Assembly (NCBI RefSeq): GCF_018977255.1
Contig: NW_024704743.1
Span: 63,180,001 to 63,244,000, forward strand
Reading direction: 5' to 3'
DNA: 64,000 nucleotides
From: Callorhinchus milii
Taxonomy: Eukaryota
The translations under genes and the position numbers were made by a program. The notes under the pieces were generated by a model that did not search any database, had not been told where the DNA came from, and worked only from the letters and a program-made list of their open reading frames with translations. How positions within the stretch are numbered: position 1 is the first letter of the stretch; every line of letters starts with the position of its first letter. Positions 38,740-51,999 of the stretch are shown here, piece after piece.

Positions 38740-39880
38740 GAGACCCACCTTACCTCCCCCACCCCACACTAAGGACAGTCACTAGTTGGTTGTTCGACAT
38801 CCGACAAGCGCAGGTTTGAACCTCACTAAGTGGATGGTAGATACAAGGAACTTCTTGTGAGCTTCCCGCTGAAATGGGTGAGAGCATTGCCACCGTTTTC
38901 CTGTCCGCAGCCCGGACACACGTCTCTTCCCATTGAGCAATGATTCCACCAGTTGGAGTTGTAGAGTTTAAGCAGCAGCTGTTTGCCTCTCTGGAGGCCA
39001 ATCATGGGGATTCCAGTCACTGGACGTACGAATACATGTTCACAAACTCGGATTCCAGATAACACCTTCCAGCAGTTGTCACCCCAAGCCTCAGAGTTTT
39101 CTCATCAGCTATCTGGCAGGCACATGCCTTCAGCATGGTGGACAGACCTTCACAGGACAGGCTGTGACTTGCCAGCCACCTTGATATTCTCGAGGTCCAA
39201 GTCCAATGCTGTGCACTAGGCTTACTCAGCACCAGCTGCTCAATCCAGGTCCTCATTTGAGTGGCCTTCGCAAATAGACGTGGCTGCTGTGAAGCCGCCT
39301 CCTCCTCCGGGATGCTTAGGGACTGGTCAGTGTTGGCCGGAGCCTTCCCTCCCTGCAATCACTTCCCCTATTTGCCACAAATCCACCTCACTGCTTGATC
39401 TTGGACTTTGCAGATGGGTCAGAAGTCCCTACACTACATCACCAGGAGCTCAGATCCATAAAGGAGAACTGCTTGACACAGGTTTTATAAGCCACAGCTT
39501 GACCTGCATTGGGACCTTGCTGTCCTTGAAGAGGTATGAGTACAACCAGTGCCTTCCACCCCTTCTCAGCGTGAACCTTCAGGACAGTGTCCAGGCTGAC
39601 ATTGGTGTCCGCCACGACCTCGATGTACCAATCAGAGTCAATAATTGGGACTGAAGCCCTTTGTATCTTCCAATCAATTCCCTCCATGTCTTCCCTTGGG
39701 CTGTTCAGAACCATGATTCCACACTTGGGGGCACTTACCACCATGTCCCACTGTTGGCCCAGTGTTCAAGATGGCGGGTGCAGTGTAGAAGGTCCCCAGG
39801 TAAATCCGCCAGCAGCACAATATCATCCCCAAGCAGAAGTGCAACAATCCTGTCAGACAGGCTTGGGACAGAGAACTTTT
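38740..39880 (-). mobile_element. Fossil non-LTR retrotransposon RT plus C-terminal zinc-knuckle-like region, not L2/CR1
   Basis: Manual translation across frameshifts: VPSLSDRIVALLLGDDIVLLAD..LEHWAN/WDMVVSAPKCGIM..VLLYGSELL..QAVRWICG..MRTWIEQLV..TWTSRISRWL..CPGCGQENGGNALTHF. Confidence 0.75.
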
Positions 39881-42800
39881 ACTGGACACGAAGGAAGACA
39901 GATAAAACCAGTTCTGTCGGAGATAAGAAACTGGCATGAACTGGTCGCTGTGTGGGAAAGCAGAAACTGATGTAAGCAATGTACAGAATGGTACGAATAT
40001 GGAAAATTGCCGGGGGGGTTTTTGAGTCAATGTTGGAAAAACATTGGAATCATTACTTGAAAGGTATATGGAACTGAGAGGTAGATGTATGTCCAGAAAG
40101 TGACCTGAATAGCAGTTGCAATAATAGCCCACAAGATGGCATAGTTTTGATTTGCTGAGTAAATTCAGCCCAGTGTTTAAAGTCACAGCAGTGGAATAAT
40201 GAAATCAATAATAAACAATAATACTTCTCATACTGACCGCACATTGACCCTTGGCATTGGTCTCACTGAGATTTTCTGCGTAACTTCCTATCGCGTGACA
40301 GTTACAACAGAACTGCTTTTTTTAAAAATAATAATAAAAATTGTAGTTATGTATAGATTTAACATTCCTGTGTGCAATTGGCCGTCACGTTTTGCCCAGA
40401 ATATATACAGTCAATTCACTTTACAGTATATTCTGTGAAGCGCTTTGAGACATGTCCAAGACGTGACATGGCACTATATCAAATGCAGGGATTATTATTA
40501 TTATTACATAGCGCATTATCATGTCATCAAGTCATCTCAAAACATTTCCCATGACTTTACAGTAAGATGTATTATGTTGTTGGCAAATGCAGCAGCCAAT
40601 TTGAGCACAGTTCAGGTCCCACAAACAGCAGGTGAGTGACCAATTTTATGTGGCGGAGTGTTGGTCAGGACAGACATTTAAGGAATTTCTTTGCCTAAGT
40701 CTAATCAGGCAAGCAATTAAATTGGTTGGAGTGCCCATCTCAATGTTGGTTTTCAAAGCATTTTTAAAAGGTCACAACACAAACTCAAGATAGTTTTGTA
40801 TCTTCTCATATTAACAATAGCATCAGGCTCACCTCAATTTTCTGTGCAACTTCCTATCATGTGACAGGGACATCAGAGTGGCAGTTTCTCATTGAAACAT
40901 AATATTGCGGGGGGTGGGGATACGTATAGATTTATTTCCCTATTACCTTTAAGACATCAATTGTAAGACTGTAACTCCAGACCACTCTGGCTTAATTTCT
41001 CCACAGCCACTCCTGCCGTTTGCCCAATTCACCAACTGTCACAACTTGAATTCCCCAAAGGGTATTTTTCTTGTGTTGTGGAGTTTCAGTTTGTGCCATT
41101 GGTGGTCGATAGGAATAACTCAGCTGTGTTGTCATCATGATGTACTCGTTGAAAGTGAGTGTAACCTTCTTGGTTTCAGTTCTCACCCTTACAAGGCATT
41201 GACAAGTGAGATGTGCATAAGATCCCTATTGAGACTCAGCAGCTGAGGTCAATTATCTTCAGTGGCAGTTCCAACAAGCATTATATTGAAATATATTGAA
41301 ATTCATTGAAATGTTGGAATAAAACTTACATCATTCCTTGAATTCCAAGAATTAAAGGAATATTTATGGAATCCTGCAAACTAGCAGAGATACAATCCAT
41401 TAAAGACAAGACATTATCATTGCAGAGGACATCACCAGGAGGGGTTCAAAATGGTACTAGGTCAATAGCAAGAGTCAGTATGTGACCATATAGATAGTTG
41501 TAAAGATACAGTGCTTATTGCTTCTTTGCCATCTCTTAGGTTTGTTCAATAGATATGATTCTTTTGACTGTTCAGAGTCATCACTCACGTCATAGAAGGA
41601 ACTTACGTTTTACAGAGCCTTATCACATCAAAACGTCTCAAAACTTTTGACAGGTTATTATTGTCAAGTGCAGTGACCTATTGTGTAGGTTAACATTGAG
41701 GAAAAATGGACCAAAGCCATTTGAGGACTTGTAACACACAAACCTGAGCTGTGGTTTGTGATCAGAATATGTGAACAAGTGATCCACAGGCTGACATTCT
41801 ACATAGTCTTAAACATTTTGTCTTAAACTTTAAAATCATGCAGAATGGTGGAGAATTCTTAAATTTAATCTTAATTCAGAATTCAGTTATTTTTAAGAAC
41901 TGCAAAAAAACGGTTTCCAAATTTAGACTGAATTTAAAGACTTTCCACGATTCTGTACGATTAATACAATTTAAAATAAAATGTTCTCAAAAGCTAAAAC
42001 TAGGTGGAATTTGACAACACAATTAAATCAATCCTTTATGGTGGTCTGAGTAGTTTGGTTCCTGAAGCAGGTGAGTCCACAGTACCCAGGCACTGTTGAA
42101 AGCAGACCAGACAGCAGCCTGGACGACAACTGGGAAGCTTGCCAGACAGTATTCTCAATGACAAGCTATGTGGTTTTAGCTGATTAGATTCAAGCAGTAC
42201 CCCAAAGCATACCCTGGGGTCCCCAAGTCTTGGCTTTTACCAACCTGTTTAAATGTTCTCAGTAATTAGATAAAAAGGATGAGTCCCTCCAAGGAGAGAG
42301 TGCTCAATCCGTTCCAATGCACATCTCTAGAATAACTATGTGTAGATGGGTTACGTGGAACTCTCAACTTGGTTTGGATTAGATATTGGTTTGGAATTCT
42401 TAATTAGATATTCTGTTACCTTACAGTTAGGTAAAGCGGCTCTGTGCCCACACGGACAGAGTCCACTTTCCATTCGAGACACGGAAATTTCCATGTGTGG
42501 GTGGTATACATGTGGACCTCTCAGTCTGGTTTGGATACTATTAAGCATGGTGATGAGATTCTGCATTATTCAGACACTTGCCTGACCAAAACAATAATGG
42601 TGTATATTGCTCTATATTTATCCAGGTGTAAGTTACTTGTCTATATCTAGAGAAGATAAAAGCATGAATGGAATGTAGGCACCAGATTTACAGTAATGGT
42701 TGTGGACAGCTGAAACCTGATGACCAAACTGCTGTACATCCAGTCCACTATAGATCAATGTGCTGTGGTTCACAGCTCCCTACTTAACTAGAATCTAAAT

Positions 42801-43034
42801 TAATGCAAAGTGGATTGTTGCTGCTATTTGCGCGCCAACTATCTTCACATTTGCAATAATGTGAAAGCAGGGAATGAGCAAAGTGCTTTGGACGGAATAA
42901 TTCATCCAGGGCCCTGGGTCACAACAGCAACAGTGTTTGTCTTATAAAAAAGCTGCTCTGTAATCTTGACATCAATAAGCTTCAGGGCAGACAACAGCAG
43001 TCAGTGATACCAGCTCTCTAGTTTAAGTAAAATT

Positions 43035-43520
43035 AACAACAACTTGCAACTGTGCCTTTCATGTAGGAAAACAAGATTAATGAATGACTTGATCAGATTC
43101 TAAGAGAGTGGTTGATGCGGCTGAAGGTGCAGTCAAAGAGATTCTTTTAAGATGGGATTTGGAAGTGGAGAGGGAGGGTGTGAGTTGGAGGGACTTAAGC
43201 AGAGAGTTCCAGAGAGTGTGGGGGGGAAGTAGCTGAACAATTGCCCACCAATGTGGGGTGGAGGGGACAGGGACATGAAACATACCTGAGTTTACAGAGC
43301 AGCTGAGTAAGACCACAGGAGATAAAGGTAAAGGGTAGGATAAGACATTGGAGCCATTTGAAGGTTAGAACGAGGATCTCAAAGTTGATCTGCCAAGAAA
43401 TTGGGAGCCATTGGAGCTGGGTGTGGATGGGCATTAGGGCTCACCCCTGTTAGGGGAGAGAATGTGGTGGTGGAGATCTGGCTGATGAGGAGGTTGTGGA
43501 GAGTAGAGCTGGGTGTCTAG
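43035..43520 (-). mobile_element. L2 3' fragment, degraded
   Basis: LQWLPISWQINFEILVLTFK and LWNSL..FKSHLK-like motifs. Confidence 0.75.
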
Positions 43521-45934
43521 AGAAGTCAATAATAACAACAAAATTACATTTATAGAGCCAAGTCAAGTCTGGAAGTGAGTATATTGGCTGTGTGTGAGGG
43601 ATGGGGAAGTTCTGGCAGAGATGGACAACGTTACGGAGATAGAGGAAATCCTGAAATTTGTTTTGTATTTTCCTTTCCTTTAAGAAGTGAACAATATTAT
43701 CATTGTGGAGTGTGTTGTCAGTGTGCTTATCCTGTTATGTGAAGCTGAATGACTTTAATTTGCGATATTTCTTCATGGGATCCTTAATAAGGAATAGAAT
43801 TTCCATCGACCTACCAGGAACTCCATAGTTCATGTGACGTAGATTTCCCATGGTTGGGTGTGATGTACATCTGGTTACCAGATGGAATGTCCCATTTCCA
43901 TGAATGAGGAGATGATACAATCCCTCTAAAGGGAATTTGAATGCCCTAAATTATTTGGGGTTAATGGAGTTGGAAGACACCAAGATGTGTTTCTAAAAAG
44001 AAAAGATATGGAGAGAAAAATTCCATCTGGATCTAGATTAACTTCATTTTCTTGGCATTTCGGTGAGTCCAGAATTTCATTTTCTGGAGTTCTTAAAATA
44101 AGTTGCAAAAAAACGTTTTCAAAATTAAACACTATTTAAGAATGTGCCAAATTCTGGATGTTCTGAAAATAGAGTAAGTCTAGGGTCAGGAGAAATTTCT
44201 TCCTCATTTAGAAAGGCAGTAGATGATAGAATTGATCTGTTAAGAATCAATGAAGGTTTATTAAAATCTCTAATAACCCTTTCTAGTGCCTAAGGAATCT
44301 TTTGCTTCATTCATTCAAGCTGTTACTATTTTAGGTGAAGCTGACAAATAAAGTTAGTAAAGGTTTGCTTTAATAATTGAAATATCTGTCACTATCATTT
44401 GATATAGTGCCTTATCATGCTATGCTGGGTCATTAACACAGGGTCTTCCTGCTCAATGAAGATCTCAATCAAGCTGTTTTGAGATCAGTGACTTGAATTT
44501 ATAAAGTGCCCTTCCGGCAGCATAACGTCTCAGAGTACTTCACAGTTGGACAGCGAGCAAGGGAAAAGGGAAGAGGGGAAGGGTGGGGAGACCGTAGGCA
44601 CGCTTGAAGAGGTGGCTTTTTAGGCAGGATTTAAATAATAATAATAATCCTTGCATTTGATATCGTGCTTTATCACCTCGTTCAGACGCCTCAAAATGAA
44701 AAAATAAAAACACAGATAAAGAAGAAGGGAAATGGAAGGGTAGAGGAAGGGAATTCCAGAGGTTAAGGGAGTAGTAGAAGCTGAAGGCTCATGCCACAGA
44801 TAGTGGGCAGAGGAGACAGGCAACATGCATTAGCCTGCGTTAGAGTAGAAGAATAGGGTAACAATAACAACAACTTGCATTTATATTGAGCCCTTCACGC
44901 GACGTAGCATCCCGGAGGGCTTTTACCCGGAGGGTAAATTAAGATAACAATAATAATAATCCTTGCATTTGATGTAGTGCTTTTCACGTCTTCTAGACAT
45001 CTCAAAATGTTTTACAGAATATTCACAGAAGATCAGAGAGATAGGGAGGGTATTTTTTAAAAACCCTACAGGGAGGTGTAGGGTATGAAAGGATTTATAG
45101 GTGAGGGATAGGACCTTGAAGTAGAACTATTGGGAGTAAGTGGAGCCTGGTGAGGGCTGGGTGATAGGTGTGTTGAGTTTGGTGTATGGGTGAGGATGTG
45201 GGCAGCAGAGCTTTACTTAAGAAAAAAGAGAAGAAACCCTCAAGGAAGGCTCAGCTGATCCCAGGGCAGGCACGGGGCTCAACACAGACTGAGAGCAGCC
45301 CCTCATCTCTCCTCTCTCCCACTCGGCTTGTTGAGTGAAAAGAAGCAGACCCACAAAAAGGAAGATAAATAGGTAGAATAACAAACTGCGTTCAATTTAG
45401 ATTGTGGGGTAACATTTTATTTCAGTGCTGATCATGTCAAATGTGGAACTGGTCCTAATTTATAGCTATAGCTTAAACATGGCTTTTGATGAGTTTAGTT
45501 TGCTGCTCTTTTTGATGTTTCTACATCCTACATGTGCTGAACCTCCAGGGTAAGGAAACCTTTCTGCCCATTGCATCTGCACTGCTTCTACTTCCCTCAC
45601 CGGAGTTTTCTCCTCTGATTTCGTTCCCCAACTCCTTCCCTTCCCCTTTACATTCAGTATCGTCTAATTTGCTTTTACATGTTAGAAGGACTAAAAATAA
45701 TAATTAACTTGCATTTACAATGCAGGATAGCGTCCCAGAACGCTTCAAAGGATCTACTATAAAATGTTGCGACTGTGTTTTTATAGGTAAACCAAGTAGT
45801 GCACAGCCCCACAAACAGCTATGAAGTGTCAGCACCAATCTGTGGTAAGGTGTATCACTTTCTAACGATTCTCTGTTTTAAAAAAACTCTTCAAACCTCT
45901 CTAGATAATGATTGCAAACCTAGATAATTATTTG

Positions 45935-46075
45935 GGAGGAAAAGTTTGCAGGGCTATGGGGAGAGAGCGGGGTAATGGGATTGATTTGGATAGCTCTTTT
46001 CAAAGAGCTAATACAGACATGATGGTCCGAATGGCCTCCTTCTGTGCTGTATAATTCTATGATTCTATGATTGAT
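45935..46075 (+). mobile_element. CR1 3' end with (ATTCTATG)n tail
   Basis: gggctatggggagagagcgggg...gatggtccgaatggcctccttctgtgctgtataattctatgattctatga. Related CR1 relics at about 10730-11060(-), 16325-16440(+), 34560-34625(+), 53820-53960(-) and 56890-57120(-). Confidence 0.8.
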
Positions 46076-46765
46076 GATGATTTTCTCTTTTTATTCTGGT
46101 GATTGTCCCCAATGCCCTTTTGCTACTGACTCCACAATCAGTGCAAATAGTCTCTCTCTATTTATCCTATTAAAACAATTCATAATTTTGAAAACCTGAC
46201 CTTTTAGGTTAGAGATCACCTAGCAGCACTTTAATGCCGTGTACTGTGGTGTCTGGAAATCAGTAAGGCACTGAGACCTCTATTGATTTTAGACTGGTGT
46301 TCTATCAGTGTAGATTACTGGGATAAAGGTGTTAAACTCTCCAAAGCACTTTGGCATATGCTTTGTATGCTTTGTGCTTTGCACTACACTTTGCAATACA
46401 CATACCTCTTCATCTTCATTTTCTGAGAGATGTACATGTTTGATTTGATTGAAATTCACACTAATGTTGCTAATAATATCATATTAAGTGTCAGCCTGAC
46501 TCAGTTGGCAGCTTCTTGCTTCTGAGTCAGAAGGTTGTATTTATTGATCATTCACTGCATGGCTGTTTGTGGGACATGCTGTGTGCAAATCAGCTGCCTC
46601 ATTTACCTTCACAATACACAGTCACGACTCAAGAGTAAATCCTGTGAAGCGCTTTTCTGACCCTCTTCTGAAGTGAAAGGCACTATATCAAATGCAAGTT
46701 TTTTTTATTTTTGTAGTACTCTACATGGAAACTACAGTACATTATTTTATTTATTTATTTATTTT

Positions 46766-47072
46766 ATCCTTGCATTTGATTTGGCGCTTTTCACGTCGGG
46801 AGGACGTCCCAAAGCACTTCACAGAACACACTGTAAAGTGAATTGACTGTATATTTGTGGGCGAACGCGGCAGCCAATTGCACACAGCAATGTCCTACAA
46901 ACAGTCGTAGATTGAAAATGATCAAATTTTTCTTATTGTTTCGGGTTTTTGGAGGGATTATTATTAGGTGTGTGGAGTAAGGAAACTTGCCCAAGGTTTC
47001 GCTCAGCCTGGAATTGAACTCAGGTCTCTCGCTTGCAAAGCGAGTGCTCTAACCACTGAGCTACAGGACTCC
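46766..47072 (-). mobile_element. Young SINE (CTCCC-loop type), full head
   Basis: Same family; head intact. Confidence 0.92.
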
Positions 47073-50000
47073 ACAAATTCCTTCCCTGGCCTATGTATAT
47101 TAAGAACATAAGTTTGGAAAAGGAAGTGGCCATATAATTTATTGAGACCCAGCTTTTTAACAAGCCATGCTCAGTTAGCCTGACGCTAAGTGCTCTGGGA
47201 TGCTACCCCACGTGAGGGGCGCTGTGTAAATGCAAGTTGTTGTTGTTGACATTAAATAGGGTCCTGCGAATAGAGAGGTATCCAGATATGACAGAGGTGG
47301 ATCCCGCCTCTTGACACTGTTCTCAAAGGTGATCACTGAAGCCATGCTGCTCGTGTGATTTCCACATCATTTGATGGTCGTTTAGTAAGATCTCAGTTTT
47401 ATAAATGTCAATATACAGCGGTGGAATTGCATTGGCTTGGGAACAGTGTCGGACATCGGCATTGGGAACAGTGTCGGGAAGCAGAGGGAAGCACATGCTT
47501 CTCTAGCACATCTGGGAAATTCCCATTTGATACTTTAGGAATTTCCAAATTGGAGGAAACCCCGTAGACTTATCCACTTAACCTCCCTGGAAGATTAACA
47601 ATCACAGCCAAATTACAATGAAGTTACATTCCTGTGATTCTGTGTAGAAGTTCCCGACCTCGGGAGCACCAGGAACTATTTTATTCCACGGAATATTCCT
47701 GCACTTGTTTGTGATTGTGTGTGTGTGTATGTGTGGAGGGGAGGGGGATGAGTAATGGATACTCTTCTAATCTCTACTCATATTTTGAATGTAATAGTGT
47801 TGTACACATATGATGGTAAAAGGTGCCTATTGGAACCACCAGCAGGTGGTGCCTTTCTCCAGGTAAGCAGATTGCTCCATTTGGAATCTGTGAGCCACCA
47901 GTTGTTTCTACCCTAAGGTGAGTGAACCTGTTCTGAGCCCTACATTTGGCTCCAGGTTGTATTTGGTCCTCCCTATGGCTCGCTCTGGGTTTACCTGGCT
48001 AGGAGGCCACAACATTAACTTTTAATGATCATCCCAGAGGTTTCAGACCTAGCCAGTTTGATCAATAAAATTTTAGTCTGGAGTAAGTTAACATGGATAT
48101 TAGCCCAGAGAGGGGTGCCACCTGCTGGTGTTCCCAAAATCTTCTTTAAATAAGGAAAGCAACTCGTTTGGGAACACCGCTTACTTGTATCCCAACACTT
48201 TTATACTTTCCGCTCAGCATTTTAAGGATATAGATTATGTGCCTTTACACCTTTACAACCGTAATAAGACTAATATTATGATGGAATAAATTATACATCT
48301 TGAAGATAATTCAAGGCAATGGGATATGGGATGAGAGGCTGATAGATATTGGATTGGACTGAACTGTGTGCACTGTTTTCCCTGTGGGAAATGTAGACTT
48401 TCATACCTAACTGGGTAAAATGGTCCAGTATACACTCAATAGCTTTTGAAAATTGATAGATTACAATGATCATTAAAAAATTGCGATCTTTTCCCTCAAA
48501 TCTTTTTAACGGAAAATAACATTATACAGATTAACCATAACGATCAAAACAAAAAAGAGAGTGGAAACCTTTCCCCTAAACATGTAGTCTGGATTCAAAC
48601 TCAGCCTCTGGAGATGGATGACTGCTGTGTGTGATTGTGTGTGAATGTTTACCCATCGTTGTGGTGCCTTGTCTGGATTTACACTTGATCACAAAGTGCT
48701 GTATCACTTTGGCAATCGAGGATTATCCATGGCATCCCTCCTGAACATCTGTCAGTCTCAGAGACGCACACAGTCCAAAGAGTCTGGTGCTCCTCCAGTG
48801 CTTGAAATAAGTACATTACTGTAATGTAGTATTCACTGTGACAGAGCTCAGACAGCCCCAGTGCTTAATTGTGTGGGAAACGTACGGCAAACCTGGTGAC
48901 TTGCAAAATATTTGGACAAATATTACCATCAAATTACCATCAAAGTATCAATAAAAATAGGAATATTGGTGCCTGTGTCTCTGACATAATGATTTTGTTT
49001 TATAGATTTTAAACACAAACACACTTGCACGTTCCACTCGTCTCCCACCAGCCTTACCAGGCCAAATAAAACATTAACATTTTAAATACAGTTTACTGTA
49101 TTCTGAATTTCTCTCCAATGGCAGCCCAGGTAAGTTAATTACCTGGAACTGCAAAATGTTCAGTTAGAAATTTTACCAAACATAATGGAAAAAGTCACTG
49201 ATATTACTTTGTTTGAGACCTGTTGAAAATACCTTATAACAGGTTTTTATTTACATGCTGCTAAATGTAATGTTTCCCAAGTGTCTGCTGAAACACACAT
49301 TGATTTGGTTATTGAAGCTTAGATCCTAAGTAGGTCAAGAAAACAGGATAGTCTCTGTTTAGAAGGATCTCACAGGAATATTATCACATTTCTGGAGCTA
49401 GCATTATCCCCAATGACTGCACTGGGGTAACTGCTAGTCATAAGAAATAACCATTACCTCATTCAGCAGTACAGTGGAACGCTTGTCTCATCTGGAAGAA
49501 ACTCATGGTTCTTATTGTTGCAAAACAGAACAAATTAGAGGAGCGGATTGTGGGGAAGCAAAGAGTTACAGAGATTGGAGAGAGGGAATGAGAAGAGAGA
49601 ACAGGGCAGAAAGAAAGAACATTCGCATTAACCCTTGCTGAAGTGCATTACTGAATTCACGGATTTAATGCCAGAAAACAGCAGTATTAAATAAACATTA
49701 GTACGTTTATATTTCTCAGAAAGTCATGAGTTTGTCAGATAAAAGCCAGGTTCAGTGTGTTGGTGCCAAAGAGGTAGGACGCAGACTCACACCACATGCG
49801 GCAATGCTGCCAGAGCCTGGGAACCTCTCCCTAGGGATGGTGATTTACCCTGAGCCACTTCAGTCCACATTGTATCCATCAGTGACAGAGAGACAGCATT
49901 TGGGAGCTGGGAGCTCTTCACTATGAAACAATGCATGGTGTAGAGGGACCCGCAGTCAAGTAAGCAATACATTCAAAAGTAAATACAGAACCACTAAAGA

Positions 50001-51999
50001 GCCAGGAGTGTAGGTTAGATGATTTGTCAGAGACAAGCAGGCTGGCAGGGCAATGGGTTTCCTCCTGTGTAAGTGGAGCCTTCCAGCCTCTATTGCAATA
50101 GGACCTCTTAAACTCTTTAATCAATTCAGAATAAAACAGATGGCTTTCAGAACAACAGGGCACCAGCTGTTGGTGCTTCAGTTACACTCTTGCTGCCATC
50201 TGGGAGACATTGGTTCGATTTCTGGTCAATGGATCCAGTGCTGTTTCTTTACCCTAAGGGTGATTAACGCCTGGGAGGGTGGTTGAGGCCAGGACATTAG
50301 TCTTGCTTCAAAAGCAGCTCGATACTGTAATGGTAGCTTGGGTATTCTAAAAGGATGAGATCAAATGGACTAAAGGGCCTTCTTTATCTGAACCAATCTT
50401 GTGACGTATTTAAATCTGAATCTGCAGTCGCTCAACAGGAATCGAGTCATCTTGATTTATTTTAGAAATTGACATATAAGAATATAGCAGTGATGGAAAG
50501 AGTACAGACATGTTTGCATTTCTAACCAAGTATAATTTGCCTGGGCTGACCTCTGAGCTCTGGGCTCATTTGTGAGCCATATAATGCTAGAAGGACCACA
50601 AATAAAGCAAAGTTGCCTGATAAAAGGTGATTTCAGGCTCATGTCTCGGCTTCCACTGCTGTTGTTTGGGTGGAGGAGATCCCAAAACCAAGTCTCACAT
50701 TGCTTTGCAAATATGCCAGTGTCTTGACCTTCACCACATAAGTATCACAATAAACCTAAGAGATCCCTGAATGTGCAGAATGTCTCCAAGCCAACTCGTA
50801 AAACATAATTGTTCCCAGACCTCCTGTATGTGGAGGCAATGGGAGACCCAACTCTAAATGCTGTCCCATTTCCCATGACTTTGTTGGTATTTTCAGGACC
50901 ACAAATATTGACACAATGTTTGACCAGAACACCAGGATGTAACCTACATGGACATAACCTGATAAGTATTCTGTAATATTTTACACACAACTACATACTC
51001 TGCTGGATCAATGAACGTTTTCACCCCACTGGGTGCATGTAATCACGATTAAATACTTGGTCTGTTTTCACAGCAGGAACTACCACAATCTGAACACCAT
51101 AATGTTTTTGCTGTTTGTTTTCAAGTGGGGAATAAAGAAATGAATATATTGTTGATTCAGTGATTGAGTCATGAAAGTCCCCAGAGTTTAACCTGTTGAG
51201 AATTCCTGCTGTGTTCTTGGAAAACAATTTTTTTTGAGAGGAAATGTCCTTCCTCTTTCTCAGTAAAGACGGATGTGAAGCAACTGTTTAATAACTCTAC
51301 TATTTATTTGTTCTCAAATACCATCTTCCTCCCACATTTTAAGTTACTGGTGAAACAGATGGTGAGTGGATGCATATCTAGGATGTATGGGGTATAGAGG
51401 ATGGTGTGTTGTTGACCTAAGATATGTAGATTGTTACAGGTTCACTGTCAACTTGCATTTTACTAGTTTGATTCAGTGATGTGACTTTGCTTTGTTAGAG
51501 TCCATTGTTTTATTTGGAGGAATTTGTCATCTTGGATTTTTCAAAATTAGACAAGAATATATTGTTTTCAACTTTAGACATAAGGTTTCCATGTGGTTCA
51601 AACTCCAAACACATGTTAAATTGAATTCAAAAAATATTTAAAAAATTAACTTTACCTTCTTCCTCATTGGACTGTATTGATTTTGGTGTTTTTCTGTGAT
51701 TTTGCAAAGTGAAAGACACAAGAGAGTTTTTTCATCTAGGATTTACAGTATTCATTATATTTTTGAATTTTCCAGAATTTTTTTCATGCAACTTTTTGTG
51801 AATCTCATCCTTTTATTGAGATTGATGACTTTCCATGGAAACCTTACACCAGATTCAAGTTCAACATCAACAAAAGATGGATGGATACAACTTGAATTCA
51901 ATATGAATTACACATCCAAATAATAGTTTGCAAAACCCTAATTGTAATACTGCTCAGAAATTAATGTTGACAGACCTCTGTGAAATCAATCACTTGTGT

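Noticed and set aside
50745..51227. ORFs containing GTAFRVG (protease-like) and MHPVG (MSMP-like) words
   Set aside because: The similarity does not extend beyond a few residues, and there is no supporting splice structure.
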